Positions 16,766 through 24,360 of a stretch of 24,360 bases of DNA are shown here, piece after piece; the first letter of the stretch is position 1; every line of letters starts with the position of its first letter. The position numbers were made by a program, and so were the translations under genes. Under the pieces are notes generated by a model. That model ran no database searches and was not told where the DNA came from. It saw nothing but the letters and a program-made list of their open reading frames with translations. Origin of the DNA: a virus (Duplodnaviria; Heunggongvirae; Uroviricota; Caudoviricetes); IMG/VR virus record IMGVR_UViG_3300016484_000450, positions 1-24,360 of that record; one strand, 5' to 3'.

Positions 16766-17662
16766 ATGGGTGTATTAGATGCGATTGCAAAACAGTACGA
16801 AAACAACAAAACTGGAAACAGTACAAGTACAAATTCGTACGAACAAGACTTCAGTAAATATTTTGCTGTAAGACTTGAAGACGGTGTATCTGATGGTGAA
16901 ATGACTATTAGAATTATGCCACCTAAAACAGGAGTCCATCCTGTAATTAAAGAAACTGAAACTCCTTTTGATGAAGGCCATTGGCATTATCTTAAAGTGG
17001 GTGGTAAGTGGAGAAAAATCTACTGTAGAAAACATAATGACGGAGAACAATGTCCATTATGTGATGTAACAGAAGAACTTTATCAGTCTTGGAAAGATAC
17101 TGGTAATAAAGAAGATAAAGAATTAGCTAACTCTTATAAAGCTAAAAAATTCTATATCGCAAGACTTATCGATAGAGATAAGGAAAATGATGGTATTAAA
17201 TTTTGGAGATTCCCACACAATTATAAAGGTGAAGGAGCTTTGGATAAAATTATCCCATTATTCACAAAAAAAGGTGATATTACAAACCCTAGAGATGGTC
17301 GTGATTTGACTATTATTCTTGGTCGTGATAATAAAAATTTCACAAAAATCACTTCTATTATGTCTGAAGACCCTACGGTTTTAACAGACCCTAAATCACC
17401 ACAAGCTAAAGAATGGATGAATGATACAATGTCTTGGAAAGATGTTTATTCAGCACAACCATTGGAATATGTTCAGTTGATTGCTGACGGTGAAACTCCT
17501 GTTTGGGATAAAAATCTTGGTAAATTTATTGCCAAAGGTGATGAAAGTGAGGGTGAAACTTCTTTTAAATCACAACCTAAACAAGAAGAAAATAACAAAC
17601 CAGTTAGTACAACTTCAGAATCATTTGTTGATACTGAAGATGATGACGAAGCACCGTTTTAA
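16766..17662 (+). CDS. ssb: Single-stranded DNA-binding protein, T4 gp32-like
   Basis: 298 aa. TIRIMPP and the zinc site H-X12-C-X8-C-X2-C (HYLKVGGKWRKIYCRKHNDGEQCPLC; T4 gp32 is H-X12-C-X9-C-X2-C) are present, with an acidic C-terminal tail EDDDEAPF. Confidence 0.85.
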   Translation: MGVLDAIAKQYENNKTGNSTSTNSYEQDFSKYFAVRLEDGVSDGEMTIRIMPPKTGVHPVIKETETPFDEGHWHYLKVGGKWRKIYCRKHNDGEQCPLCDVTEELYQSWKDTGNKEDKELANSYKAKKFYIARLIDRDKENDGIKFWRFPHNYKGEGALDKIIPLFTKKGDITNPRDGRDLTIILGRDNKNFTKITSIMSEDPTVLTDPKSPQAKEWMNDTMSWKDVYSAQPLEYVQLIADGETPVWDKNLGKFIAKGDESEGETSFKSQPKQEENNKPVSTTSESFVDTEDDDEAPF

Positions 17663-17672
17663 TTAAATTTAC

Positions 17673-18731
17673 ATGGCTAAGAAAACAATTTCAAAAAAAG
17701 AGTTTTCTTTGGATTCTATCTCAGATAGATTTTCATCGAAAACCAAATATAAACCCGATACTTTTATCGATTTAGGTAAAGTGTTCCAACAAGCAACTGG
17801 GGTTCCTGGTCCCGCTATTGGACACTTAAATGTATTCTTAGGTCACTCTGATACTGGAAAAACCACGGCACTCATTAAGAGTGCCATTTGGTGTCAGAAG
17901 AATGGAATTTTACCAATCTTTATTATCACTGAAAAGAAGTGGAGTTTTAAACACGCTCAATTGATGGGATTTGATTGTACTGAGGATGCACCAGGTGATT
18001 GGAGTGGGTTCTTTATTTTTAAAGATGACTTTGAATATATTGAACAAATTACCGATTATATGAATGAAATCCTTGACGCTCAAACTAAAGAGAAATGGGA
18101 GAAAGATGGTAAACCATTAGATGTTTGTTTCTTTTGGGATTCAGTTGGTTCTATTCCTTGTAAGATGACATTTGACGGTAAAGGTGGTAAGATGCATAAC
18201 GCTTCAGTATTAGCTGATAAAATCGGTATGGGTCTTAATGGTAGAATTACAGGTTCTAGAAAAGAAACTAGTATGCATACCAATACTTTAGTTATCGTTA
18301 ATCAACCTTGGGTAGAGTTACCAGATTCACCAATGGGTCAACCAAGAATTAAAATGAAAGGTGGTGAGGCTATCTATCTTAACAGTACTTTAATTTTCTT
18401 GTTCGGTAGTCAAAAAAATGCCGGAACAAACAAATTGAAAGCTACTAAAAATGGTAGAAGTATTAATTACGGAACTCGTTCTAAAATTTCAATCCTTAAA
18501 AATCACGTTAACGGAATTGGGTACCAGGATGGTAAAGTAATTGTAACACCTCATGATTTTATTGAGGATACCAAAGAAGCTGAAAAAGAATACAAAGATG
18601 AATACGCTGAGTACTGGATTAGTATGTTCATCCAAAGCGGACTTGAAGAAGTTGACGAAAACGACTTAGATTTCTCTATTGAAGAATCTGAAAACGATTT
18701 TGAAAACGAAGAAATTGACGGACTTGTCTAA
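17673..18731 (+). CDS. recA: RecA/UvsX-like recombinase
   Basis: 352 aa with Walker A GHSDTGKTT, Walker B FFWDSVGS, IVNQ, GGEAIYLNST, ISILKNHV and an acidic tail. It is adjacent to the SSB gene. Confidence 0.9.
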   Translation: MAKKTISKKEFSLDSISDRFSSKTKYKPDTFIDLGKVFQQATGVPGPAIGHLNVFLGHSDTGKTTALIKSAIWCQKNGILPIFIITEKKWSFKHAQLMGFDCTEDAPGDWSGFFIFKDDFEYIEQITDYMNEILDAQTKEKWEKDGKPLDVCFFWDSVGSIPCKMTFDGKGGKMHNASVLADKIGMGLNGRITGSRKETSMHTNTLVIVNQPWVELPDSPMGQPRIKMKGGEAIYLNSTLIFLFGSQKNAGTNKLKATKNGRSINYGTRSKISILKNHVNGIGYQDGKVIVTPHDFIEDTKEAEKEYKDEYAEYWISMFIQSGLEEVDENDLDFSIEESENDFENEEIDGLV

Positions 18732-18745
18732 AAACACAAAAAAAA

Positions 18746-18994
18746 ATGAAAATTAATTACCATAGATTTATTGAAATAAATAAAGAATCACTGACAAACA
18801 CCGAAGACCAGTTAAGTGGCTTTTGGATAGTTCAAAACGGTGTTGAGAAGTATTTATTGGGGGAAGTTTTATCCCCTCAGTATCTACAGTTATTAATTGA
18901 TTTAGGTGTTTTAGAAGAAACCGAAGAAGAATTAAATAGAAAAAATATTGTAGGACCTTTTAAATTTGACACAGATGGGTCTGAGAACTCTTAA
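18746..18994 (+). CDS. Hypothetical protein
   Basis: 82 aa with a poly-A start context. It fills the gap between recA and the exonuclease gene. Confidence 0.7.
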   Translation: MKINYHRFIEINKESLTNTEDQLSGFWIVQNGVEKYLLGEVLSPQYLQLLIDLGVLEETEEELNRKNIVGPFKFDTDGSENS

Positions 18995-20006
18995 GAGTAA
19001 ACCAACAAAAACAAAAACACTTATCATAGATGGTAACGTTCTTATGAAACGTTCTTATAACGGGGCTAAGAACGTTTACTATCGTGATAAACACATTGGT
19101 GGTATCTTTGCTTTTTATAGTACGTTACGTAAACTTATAATCGACCTTAAAGTTGATAAAGTTGTTATTACTTGGGACGGAGAACGTGGTGGTACACTAC
19201 GATTGGATTATTACCCAGAATATAAAGGTAATAGACCTAGGTTCTTCGACCAAGAGTACGAAACACAAAAGATACGTGTTAAACAATACGCAGAAGATTT
19301 ATTTATTCGTCAGTACGAACATCCAGATGTAGAATCTGATGACTTAATAGCCTTTTATTGCCAAAACAAAAAAAGTCTTGAGGAAATAATTGTTTATACT
19401 AATGATAGGGATATGTGTCAACTTATCAAAGATGATGTTCATCTCTACCTAGCCGATAAACGTGAGTTAATTACACCAGGTAATTATCAATGGCATTTTC
19501 AACATCATCACACGAATGCCGGAGTTATTAAAATTATGGAGGGTTGTACTAGTGATTATATTAAGGGTGTTGAGGGTGTTACAGAAAAAAAATTATTACA
19601 GTATTTCCCAGATTTAAAAACAAAAACTTTAACCGTTGAAGATATAATTGAACAGGCTAAAGTTTTACAAGAAGAAAGAGAAGGTACCAAACTAAAAGTT
19701 TTAGATAACATTATTAATGGTAAAACTAAAGGTGTACATAGAGGTCCGTTGTATGAGATAAATACAAAAATAATTGATTTATCTAACCCATTATTAACAG
19801 AAGAGGCTTCAGAATCTGTATTAAATTTAGTAAAATTACCATTAGACCCTGAAGGTAGAGATCATAAAAATGTATTAAAAATGATGTTGGATGACGGTAT
19901 TATGTATGTCATACCTGGAGGGGAAAACGGTTATATAAATTTTATGGAACCATTTATTAAATTAATTAAAAAAGAAAAGTTAAATTTTAAAAATAAAAAA
20001 GCATGA
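18975..20006 (+). CDS. 5'-3' exonuclease / flap endonuclease (T4 RNase H, Pol I 5'-nuclease family)
   Basis: Motifs LIIDGN, VITWDG, YKGNR, ESDDLIA, TNDRDMCQL and an H3TH-like GCTSDYIKGVEGV. The track start at 18966 is a TTG; the in-frame ATG at 18975 is preferred, but the start is uncertain. Confidence 0.88.
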   Translation: MGLRTLKSKPTKTKTLIIDGNVLMKRSYNGAKNVYYRDKHIGGIFAFYSTLRKLIIDLKVDKVVITWDGERGGTLRLDYYPEYKGNRPRFFDQEYETQKIRVKQYAEDLFIRQYEHPDVESDDLIAFYCQNKKSLEEIIVYTNDRDMCQLIKDDVHLYLADKRELITPGNYQWHFQHHHTNAGVIKIMEGCTSDYIKGVEGVTEKKLLQYFPDLKTKTLTVEDIIEQAKVLQEEREGTKLKVLDNIINGKTKGVHRGPLYEINTKIIDLSNPLLTEEASESVLNLVKLPLDPEGRDHKNVLKMMLDDGIMYVIPGGENGYINFMEPFIKLIKKEKLNFKNKKA

Positions 20007-20437
20007 AAAAATTTGAATTTGTATTCTACATTAATCGTAACATCATCTGCCAAAGATATTTTACTGTTAAGAATTTTAACAAACAATCAGTAAAATCTAT
20101 TGATATCATGGACTGTACTAAAAATGTTACTGAAATGATTAAGAGAGATTTAAAAAACAAAACGTACGAATTTTTATGGAGTCAGTATAACCCATATTTC
20201 GAACAAAAAACAGAAGATATTTTAAAGGAAGAGGTAACAGTTGAAGACTTTTTTGATTTTGAAATTAGAATCGATGATGTCGTTGTAGGTCATTCACAAA
20301 TTAGAGGTAATGATTATCCACAAAGAGTGCGTTATTCTGTAGATATTAGAAAATTAATCCCTTCTATCATTGCAGAGATTCAAAATACCCTATCTAAAGA
20401 AAATTTTGATGTGGAATACAGCGGAATTGAACTATAA
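20003..20437 (+). CDS. Hypothetical protein
   Basis: 144 aa, coupled to the exonuclease gene by an ATGA overlap and directly upstream of the helicase. No family recognised. Confidence 0.75.
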   Translation: MKKFEFVFYINRNIICQRYFTVKNFNKQSVKSIDIMDCTKNVTEMIKRDLKNKTYEFLWSQYNPYFEQKTEDILKEEVTVEDFFDFEIRIDDVVVGHSQIRGNDYPQRVRYSVDIRKLIPSIIAEIQNTLSKENFDVEYSGIEL

Positions 20438-20472
20438 AAGTTATTTATAGAAAACGCTAAAACAAAAAGTTT

Positions 20473-21885
20473 ATGAGTAAAAATGTTATCACACTGGGTT
20501 ATTTAGGTTACAAGTTTCAGACTGAACTCATAAATCAAATCTTACATCCGGCAAACAAAAAATTCGCAGATAGATTAATAGATATTATACATGCGAAGTA
20601 TTTTGATAACGAGTATTTTAGATTAATTATTGCTACAATAAAAGATTATTTTGAACGATTCGAAAAGGTTCCTGCGTGGGATACTTTAGAAACGATTCTT
20701 AAAGTAGAAATCAAAGACACTATTACACAAGAATATGTCTTTGAAATCACTAAAGAGATTAGAAATTTAGATGTCGAAGACTGGAGATATATCCAAGAAA
20801 CGGCACTAAATTTCTGTCGTCAACAAGAACTAAAAAGAGCTAACGATAAAATATCTAAAATCATTGAAGGTGGTGATTTTGATAAGTATGAAGAATGTGC
20901 TGAAATAATGAAAGAGGCTCTGTCAGTGGGAGCCGAAAAAGATGATGGTACTTCCATCGCAGATGAATGGGAAACCGTTCTTCAAGAAGACTTTAGACAT
21001 CCAATTCCTACAGGAATAAGTGGTATCGATGATTTAACCGATGGAGGTCTGTCAAGGGGAGAATTGGGTGTTGTATTAGCACCATACGGTGTTGGTAAAA
21101 CAACAATTTTAACCAAAATTTCTAATACCGCATATAATATGGGGTATAATGTTTTACAAATCGTTTTCGAAGATTTAGCACCAGTAATCAAGAGAAAACA
21201 CGCCGCATGTTGGAGTGGTATCGCTCTTAACGAATTTAAAGAACGTGAAGATGAAGTTCTTGAAATAGTTAAACAAAGAACTAATGGTAGAGAAAACGAT
21301 TTAATTATCAGAAAATTCTCTTCTGAAGGTATTACAATGAATCACATTAAATCTTATGTGAGACATTTAATTTCAGTTGGGTTTAATCCAGATATGATAG
21401 TTTTAGATTATATCGATTGTGTTGAGTCAACAAGAAGATATAATGATGAATGGTCTGGTGAAGGAAATGTGATGAGAGGATTCGAATCTATGTTAGCTGA
21501 ATACAATATGGTTGGGTGGACAGCAGTACAGGGTAATAGAAGTTCTATTTCATCAGATGTGGTAACAGGAGACCAAATGGGTGGGTCTATTAAAAAGGCT
21601 CAAATTGGTCACTTCATAATGTCTATAGCCAGAAGTTTACCACAAAAAGAAGGTAATAGAGCAACTATAGCGGTTTTAAAATCAAGATTTGGTAGAGACG
21701 GTGTTCTTTTTGAAGATTGTGTCTTTGATAACGGTAGAGTACATATTGATACTGAAGCTTCAGAAACTTTCTTAGGTTATGAAAGAAAAGTGGAAGAAAG
21801 AAAAGAGGAAAATACTAGGGAACGTTTAAAAAGAGTTAAAGAAAGAAGAGAGTTATCATCTAACCAAGTAGAACAAAATAATTAA
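20473..21885 (+). CDS. dnaB: Replicative DNA helicase, DnaB / T4 gp41-like
   Basis: 470 aa with IPTGISGIDDLTDGGLSRGELGVV, Walker A APYGVGKTT, Walker B IVLDYID, TAVQGNR and the arginine-finger region LKSRFG. Confidence 0.92.
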   Translation: MSKNVITLGYLGYKFQTELINQILHPANKKFADRLIDIIHAKYFDNEYFRLIIATIKDYFERFEKVPAWDTLETILKVEIKDTITQEYVFEITKEIRNLDVEDWRYIQETALNFCRQQELKRANDKISKIIEGGDFDKYEECAEIMKEALSVGAEKDDGTSIADEWETVLQEDFRHPIPTGISGIDDLTDGGLSRGELGVVLAPYGVGKTTILTKISNTAYNMGYNVLQIVFEDLAPVIKRKHAACWSGIALNEFKEREDEVLEIVKQRTNGRENDLIIRKFSSEGITMNHIKSYVRHLISVGFNPDMIVLDYIDCVESTRRYNDEWSGEGNVMRGFESMLAEYNMVGWTAVQGNRSSISSDVVTGDQMGGSIKKAQIGHFIMSIARSLPQKEGNRATIAVLKSRFGRDGVLFEDCVFDNGRVHIDTEASETFLGYERKVEERKEENTRERLKRVKERRELSSNQVEQNN

Positions 21886-21909
21886 TAATTTATTCAAAAA
21901 AATTTAAAA

Positions 21910-23823
21910 ATGGAATTATCAAATCAAATTCTATCAGACATTACTGTCCACATGAAATACGCTAAGTATTTGCCACAAAAACAAAGAAGAGAGACTTGGG
22001 AAGAGTTGGTGACAAGAAATAAAGAGATGCACCAAAAGAAATACCCAAGTTTAAAAGAAGAAATTGAAACCGTTTATAAAATGGTTTATGACCGTAAAGT
22101 TTTACCATCTATGCGTTCATTACAGTTTGGGGGTAGACCAATCGAAATCTCACCAAACAGAGTTTATAACTGTGCTTTCTTACCTATTGACCACATTGAT
22201 GCCTTTTCAGAAACAATGTTTTTATTGTTAGGAGGTACAGGTGTAGGGTATTCAGTACAAAAACACCACGTTGACAAATTACCTGAAATTAGAAAACCAG
22301 ACCCTAACAGAACTAGAAGATATGTAGTTAGTGACTCAATCGAAGGATGGGCTGACGCAATCAAAGTTTTGATGAAATCTTATTTCGGAGTTAATTCATC
22401 AACACCTATATTTGATTTTTCAGATATCAGACCAAAAGGAGCTTTATTGGTTACTTCAGGAGGGAAAGCTCCAGGACCACAACCACTTAAAGATTGTGTT
22501 CACAATATTAAAAAAGTATTGGATGCTAAAGTTGATAGAGAAAAATTAACAACACTAGAAACACATGATATTGTATGTCACATTGCTGACGCTGTATTAG
22601 CTGGTGGTATTCGTAGAGCTGCTTTAATTTCACTTTTCTCAGCCGACGATAATGAAATGATTTCTTGTAAATCAGGAGCATGGTGGGAACTTAACCCACA
22701 AAGAGGTAGAGCTAATAATTCAGCAGTTCTTTTAAGAAATAAAATCACTAAAGAATTCTTTATGGATTTATGGAAAAGAGTTGAAATGTCAGGAGCTGGT
22801 GAACCTGGAATCTATTTCTCTTACGATAAAGATTGGGGAACTAACCCTTGTTGTGAAATTGCTCTAAGACCTTACCAGTTCTGTAATCTTTGTGAGGTAA
22901 ATGTGTCTAACATTGAATCACAAGAAGACTTGAATGAGAGAGTTAAAGCGGCAGCATTTATTGGTACTTTACAAGCAGGTTATACTGATTTCCACTATCT
23001 TCGTGATGTATGGAAAAGAACAACTGAAAAAGATGCTTTAATTGGTGTATCGATGACAGGGATTGGTTCAGGTGTTGTTTTAGGATATGACATGACTGAG
23101 GCCGCTGAAATGGTTAAGATTGAGAATAAAAGAGTTGCTGAATTAATTAACATTAACCCTTCAGCTCGTACAACAACAGTTAAACCAGCTGGTACAACAT
23201 CATTAACACTTGGTACTTCTTCAGGTATTCACGCTTGGCATAATGACTATTATATTAGAAGAGTTAGAGTTGGTAAAAACGAAGCTATCTACACATATCT
23301 TTCTATTTATCATCCTGAGTTAATTGAAGATGAAGTATTTAGGCCACATGATACAGCAGTCATTTCTGTACCGCAGAAAGCTCCAGAAGGGTCTATCTTA
23401 AGACACGAGTCACCATTCCAATTATTGGAAAGAGTTAAAAAAGTGTCACAAGAATGGATTAAACCTGGACATAGAACAGGTCAAAACACACATAATGTTT
23501 CAGCTACAATTTCATTGAAAGATGAAGATTGGGATTTAGCTGGTGAATGGATGTGGGATAACCGTGAATTCTATAATGGATTGTCAGTTTTACCATATAA
23601 TGGTGGAACTTATCAACAAGCCCCTTTCGAGGATTGTGACGAGGAAACTTATAATAGAATGATGAAATCTTTATCAAACATCGATTTATCAAAAGTTGTT
23701 GAGTTATCTGATAATACAGACTTAAGTGGTGAATTAGCTTGTGCCGGTGGGGCTTGTGAAGTGGATGTAGTTTTACCTAAAACAACTGAAGTTGAAACAA
23801 CAAACACTGACGGTGATGAATAA
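21910..23823 (+). CDS. nrdJ: Class II (adenosylcobalamin-dependent) ribonucleotide reductase, monomeric RTPR-like
   Basis: 637 aa with RRETWEE, LPSMRSL, YNCAF, GGIRRAALISL, active-site TNPCCEIAL, FCNLCEVN, VKPAGTTSL and a C-terminal redox pair CAGGAC. No ATP cone and no small-subunit gene adjacent. Confidence 0.93.
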   Translation: MELSNQILSDITVHMKYAKYLPQKQRRETWEELVTRNKEMHQKKYPSLKEEIETVYKMVYDRKVLPSMRSLQFGGRPIEISPNRVYNCAFLPIDHIDAFSETMFLLLGGTGVGYSVQKHHVDKLPEIRKPDPNRTRRYVVSDSIEGWADAIKVLMKSYFGVNSSTPIFDFSDIRPKGALLVTSGGKAPGPQPLKDCVHNIKKVLDAKVDREKLTTLETHDIVCHIADAVLAGGIRRAALISLFSADDNEMISCKSGAWWELNPQRGRANNSAVLLRNKITKEFFMDLWKRVEMSGAGEPGIYFSYDKDWGTNPCCEIALRPYQFCNLCEVNVSNIESQEDLNERVKAAAFIGTLQAGYTDFHYLRDVWKRTTEKDALIGVSMTGIGSGVVLGYDMTEAAEMVKIENKRVAELININPSARTTTVKPAGTTSLTLGTSSGIHAWHNDYYIRRVRVGKNEAIYTYLSIYHPELIEDEVFRPHDTAVISVPQKAPEGSILRHESPFQLLERVKKVSQEWIKPGHRTGQNTHNVSATISLKDEDWDLAGEWMWDNREFYNGLSVLPYNGGTYQQAPFEDCDEETYNRMMKSLSNIDLSKVVELSDNTDLSGELACAGGACEVDVVLPKTTEVETTNTDGDE

Positions 23824-23908
23824 GACAAAAATTAGTTGGGGTAACGATATATCATTATCTCATCAAATACTTATAGCTTTGTACAATATTAGAAAAAACA
23901 ATGGTTAA
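23816..23908 (+). CDS. Small 30-aa ORF (not in the ORF track)
   Basis: MNKTKISWGNDISLSHQILIALYNIRKNNG. It starts within the nrdJ stop region (ATGAATAA, 8-nt overlap) and ends 4 nt before the terminator stem. Confidence 0.5.
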   Translation: MNKTKISWGNDISLSHQILIALYNIRKNNG

Positions 23909-23912
23909 AACC

Positions 23913-23937
23913 AAACCCCTCAGTAGAGGGGTTTTTT
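23913..23937 (+). terminator. Rho-independent terminator
   Basis: 9-bp stem AAACCCCTC / GAGGGGTTT with an AGTA loop. The 3' arm ends in six T residues (23932-23937). It closes the replication operon. Confidence 0.85.
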
Positions 23938-23985
23938 GTGCCTAACATTTACTCTTATTTTTTTAATTATAAATTGATTACTTGA

Positions 23986-23994
23986 ATATTTATA
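23986..23994 (+). promoter_or_regulatory. Candidate late-promoter motif ATATTTATA
   Basis: Exact copy after the terminator, 9 nt upstream of the gp25-like ATG at 24004. Confidence 0.45.
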
Positions 23995-24003
23995 TTAAAA
24001 ACT

Positions 24004-24360
24004 ATGGGAGAAACTTTCATAAATATCAAATTTCCTTTTTCTGATTCGGAAAAAGGATTTTTCCTAGAATTGAATAAGATAGATAAAAGAGCTATTAAAT
24101 CTGATTTAATGCATCTTCTATTAACTAATAAAGGGGAAAGACTATATATGCCTGAATTTGGTACAAATTTAAAAAAATATTTATTTGAACCTAATATTGA
24201 GACTGTTAGTTCAGACATAAGAACTGAAATACAGACGGCTATAAGCAAATATATACCTAATTTACAGGTAGATAGACTTGAGGTTTTACCTAAACAAGAT
24301 AATGAACATGCTGTATTCGTTAGAATAGAATATACAGTAACAAATGACACTTTTCAAGAA
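24004..24360 (+). CDS. Baseplate wedge / sheath-initiator protein, T4 gp25 (GPW/gp25)-like; 3' truncated
   Basis: My translation is MGETFINIKFPFSDSEKGFFLELNKIDKRAIKSDLMHLLLTNKGERLYMPEFGTNLKKYLFEPN...IQTAISKYIPNLQVDRLEV...VRIEYTV. LLLTNKGER..MPEFGT.L...LFEP is the gp25 signature. The frame is open to the window end, so the track omitted it. Confidence 0.88.
   Translation, partial: MGETFINIKFPFSDSEKGFFLELNKIDKRAIKSDLMHLLLTNKGERLYMPEFGTNLKKYLFEPNIETVSSDIRTEIQTAISKYIPNLQVDRLEVLPKQDNEHAVFVRIEYTVTNDTFQE

Noticed and set aside
17673-23823. Inteins or introns in recA, dnaB or nrdJ, which are common insertion targets
   Set aside because: The lengths (352, 470 and 637 aa) are ordinary, the motifs are contiguous, and no splice-junction or homing-endonuclease motifs are visible.
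15629-24350. Alternative-frame or antisense ORFs 15629-15844, 15907-16134, 15974-16189, 16775-17050, 17481-17666, 18080-18283, 20982-21191, 22164-22364, 23504-23692 and 23967-24350
   Set aside because: They are nested in or opposite better-supported genes and are explained as shadows of low-complexity or conserved coding sequence.
1-24360. Stop-codon reassignment (code 15 or code 4), as found in some large phages
   Set aside because: Code 11 gives very long uninterrupted ORFs and dense coding. TGA (6239, 20006) and TAG (15272) end genes at overlaps with the next start.
1-24360. tRNA, rRNA, CRISPR array, transposase, reverse transcriptase or defence genes
   Set aside because: Intergenic gaps are all about 120 nt or less and are accounted for by promoters, terminators or the 30-aa ORF; no such motifs were seen.

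Overview
This AT-rich window (roughly 30% GC by eye) reads as part of a large, probably jumbo, contractile-tailed dsDNA phage genome. All credible genes lie on the + strand and use genetic code 11. Bases 1-14646 hold a tail/baseplate block: the end of a tape-measure-like gene, a 1573-aa tube-initiator-like protein with an inserted OmpA-like domain, a gpX/gp53 LysM-like wedge protein, and a 2804-aa hub protein ending in a phage tail lysozyme plus an M15 zinc peptidase. Four unknown genes follow (14700-16647), closed by a strong terminator. A discrete replication/recombination operon (16766-23908) encodes a gp32-like SSB, RecA/UvsX, a 5'-3' exonuclease, a DnaB/gp41-like helicase, class II NrdJ, two unknown ORFs and a 30-codon ORF missed by the track. 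It starts at a sigma70-like promoter and ends at a second terminator. A gp25-like baseplate gene, also missed by the track, starts at 24004 and runs off the edge. No Shine-Dalgarno sites are evident and starts are A-rich, which suggests a Bacteroidota-like host. I saw no tRNA, CRISPR array, intein or mobile element. Product calls rest on motif recognition by eye, not database searches.
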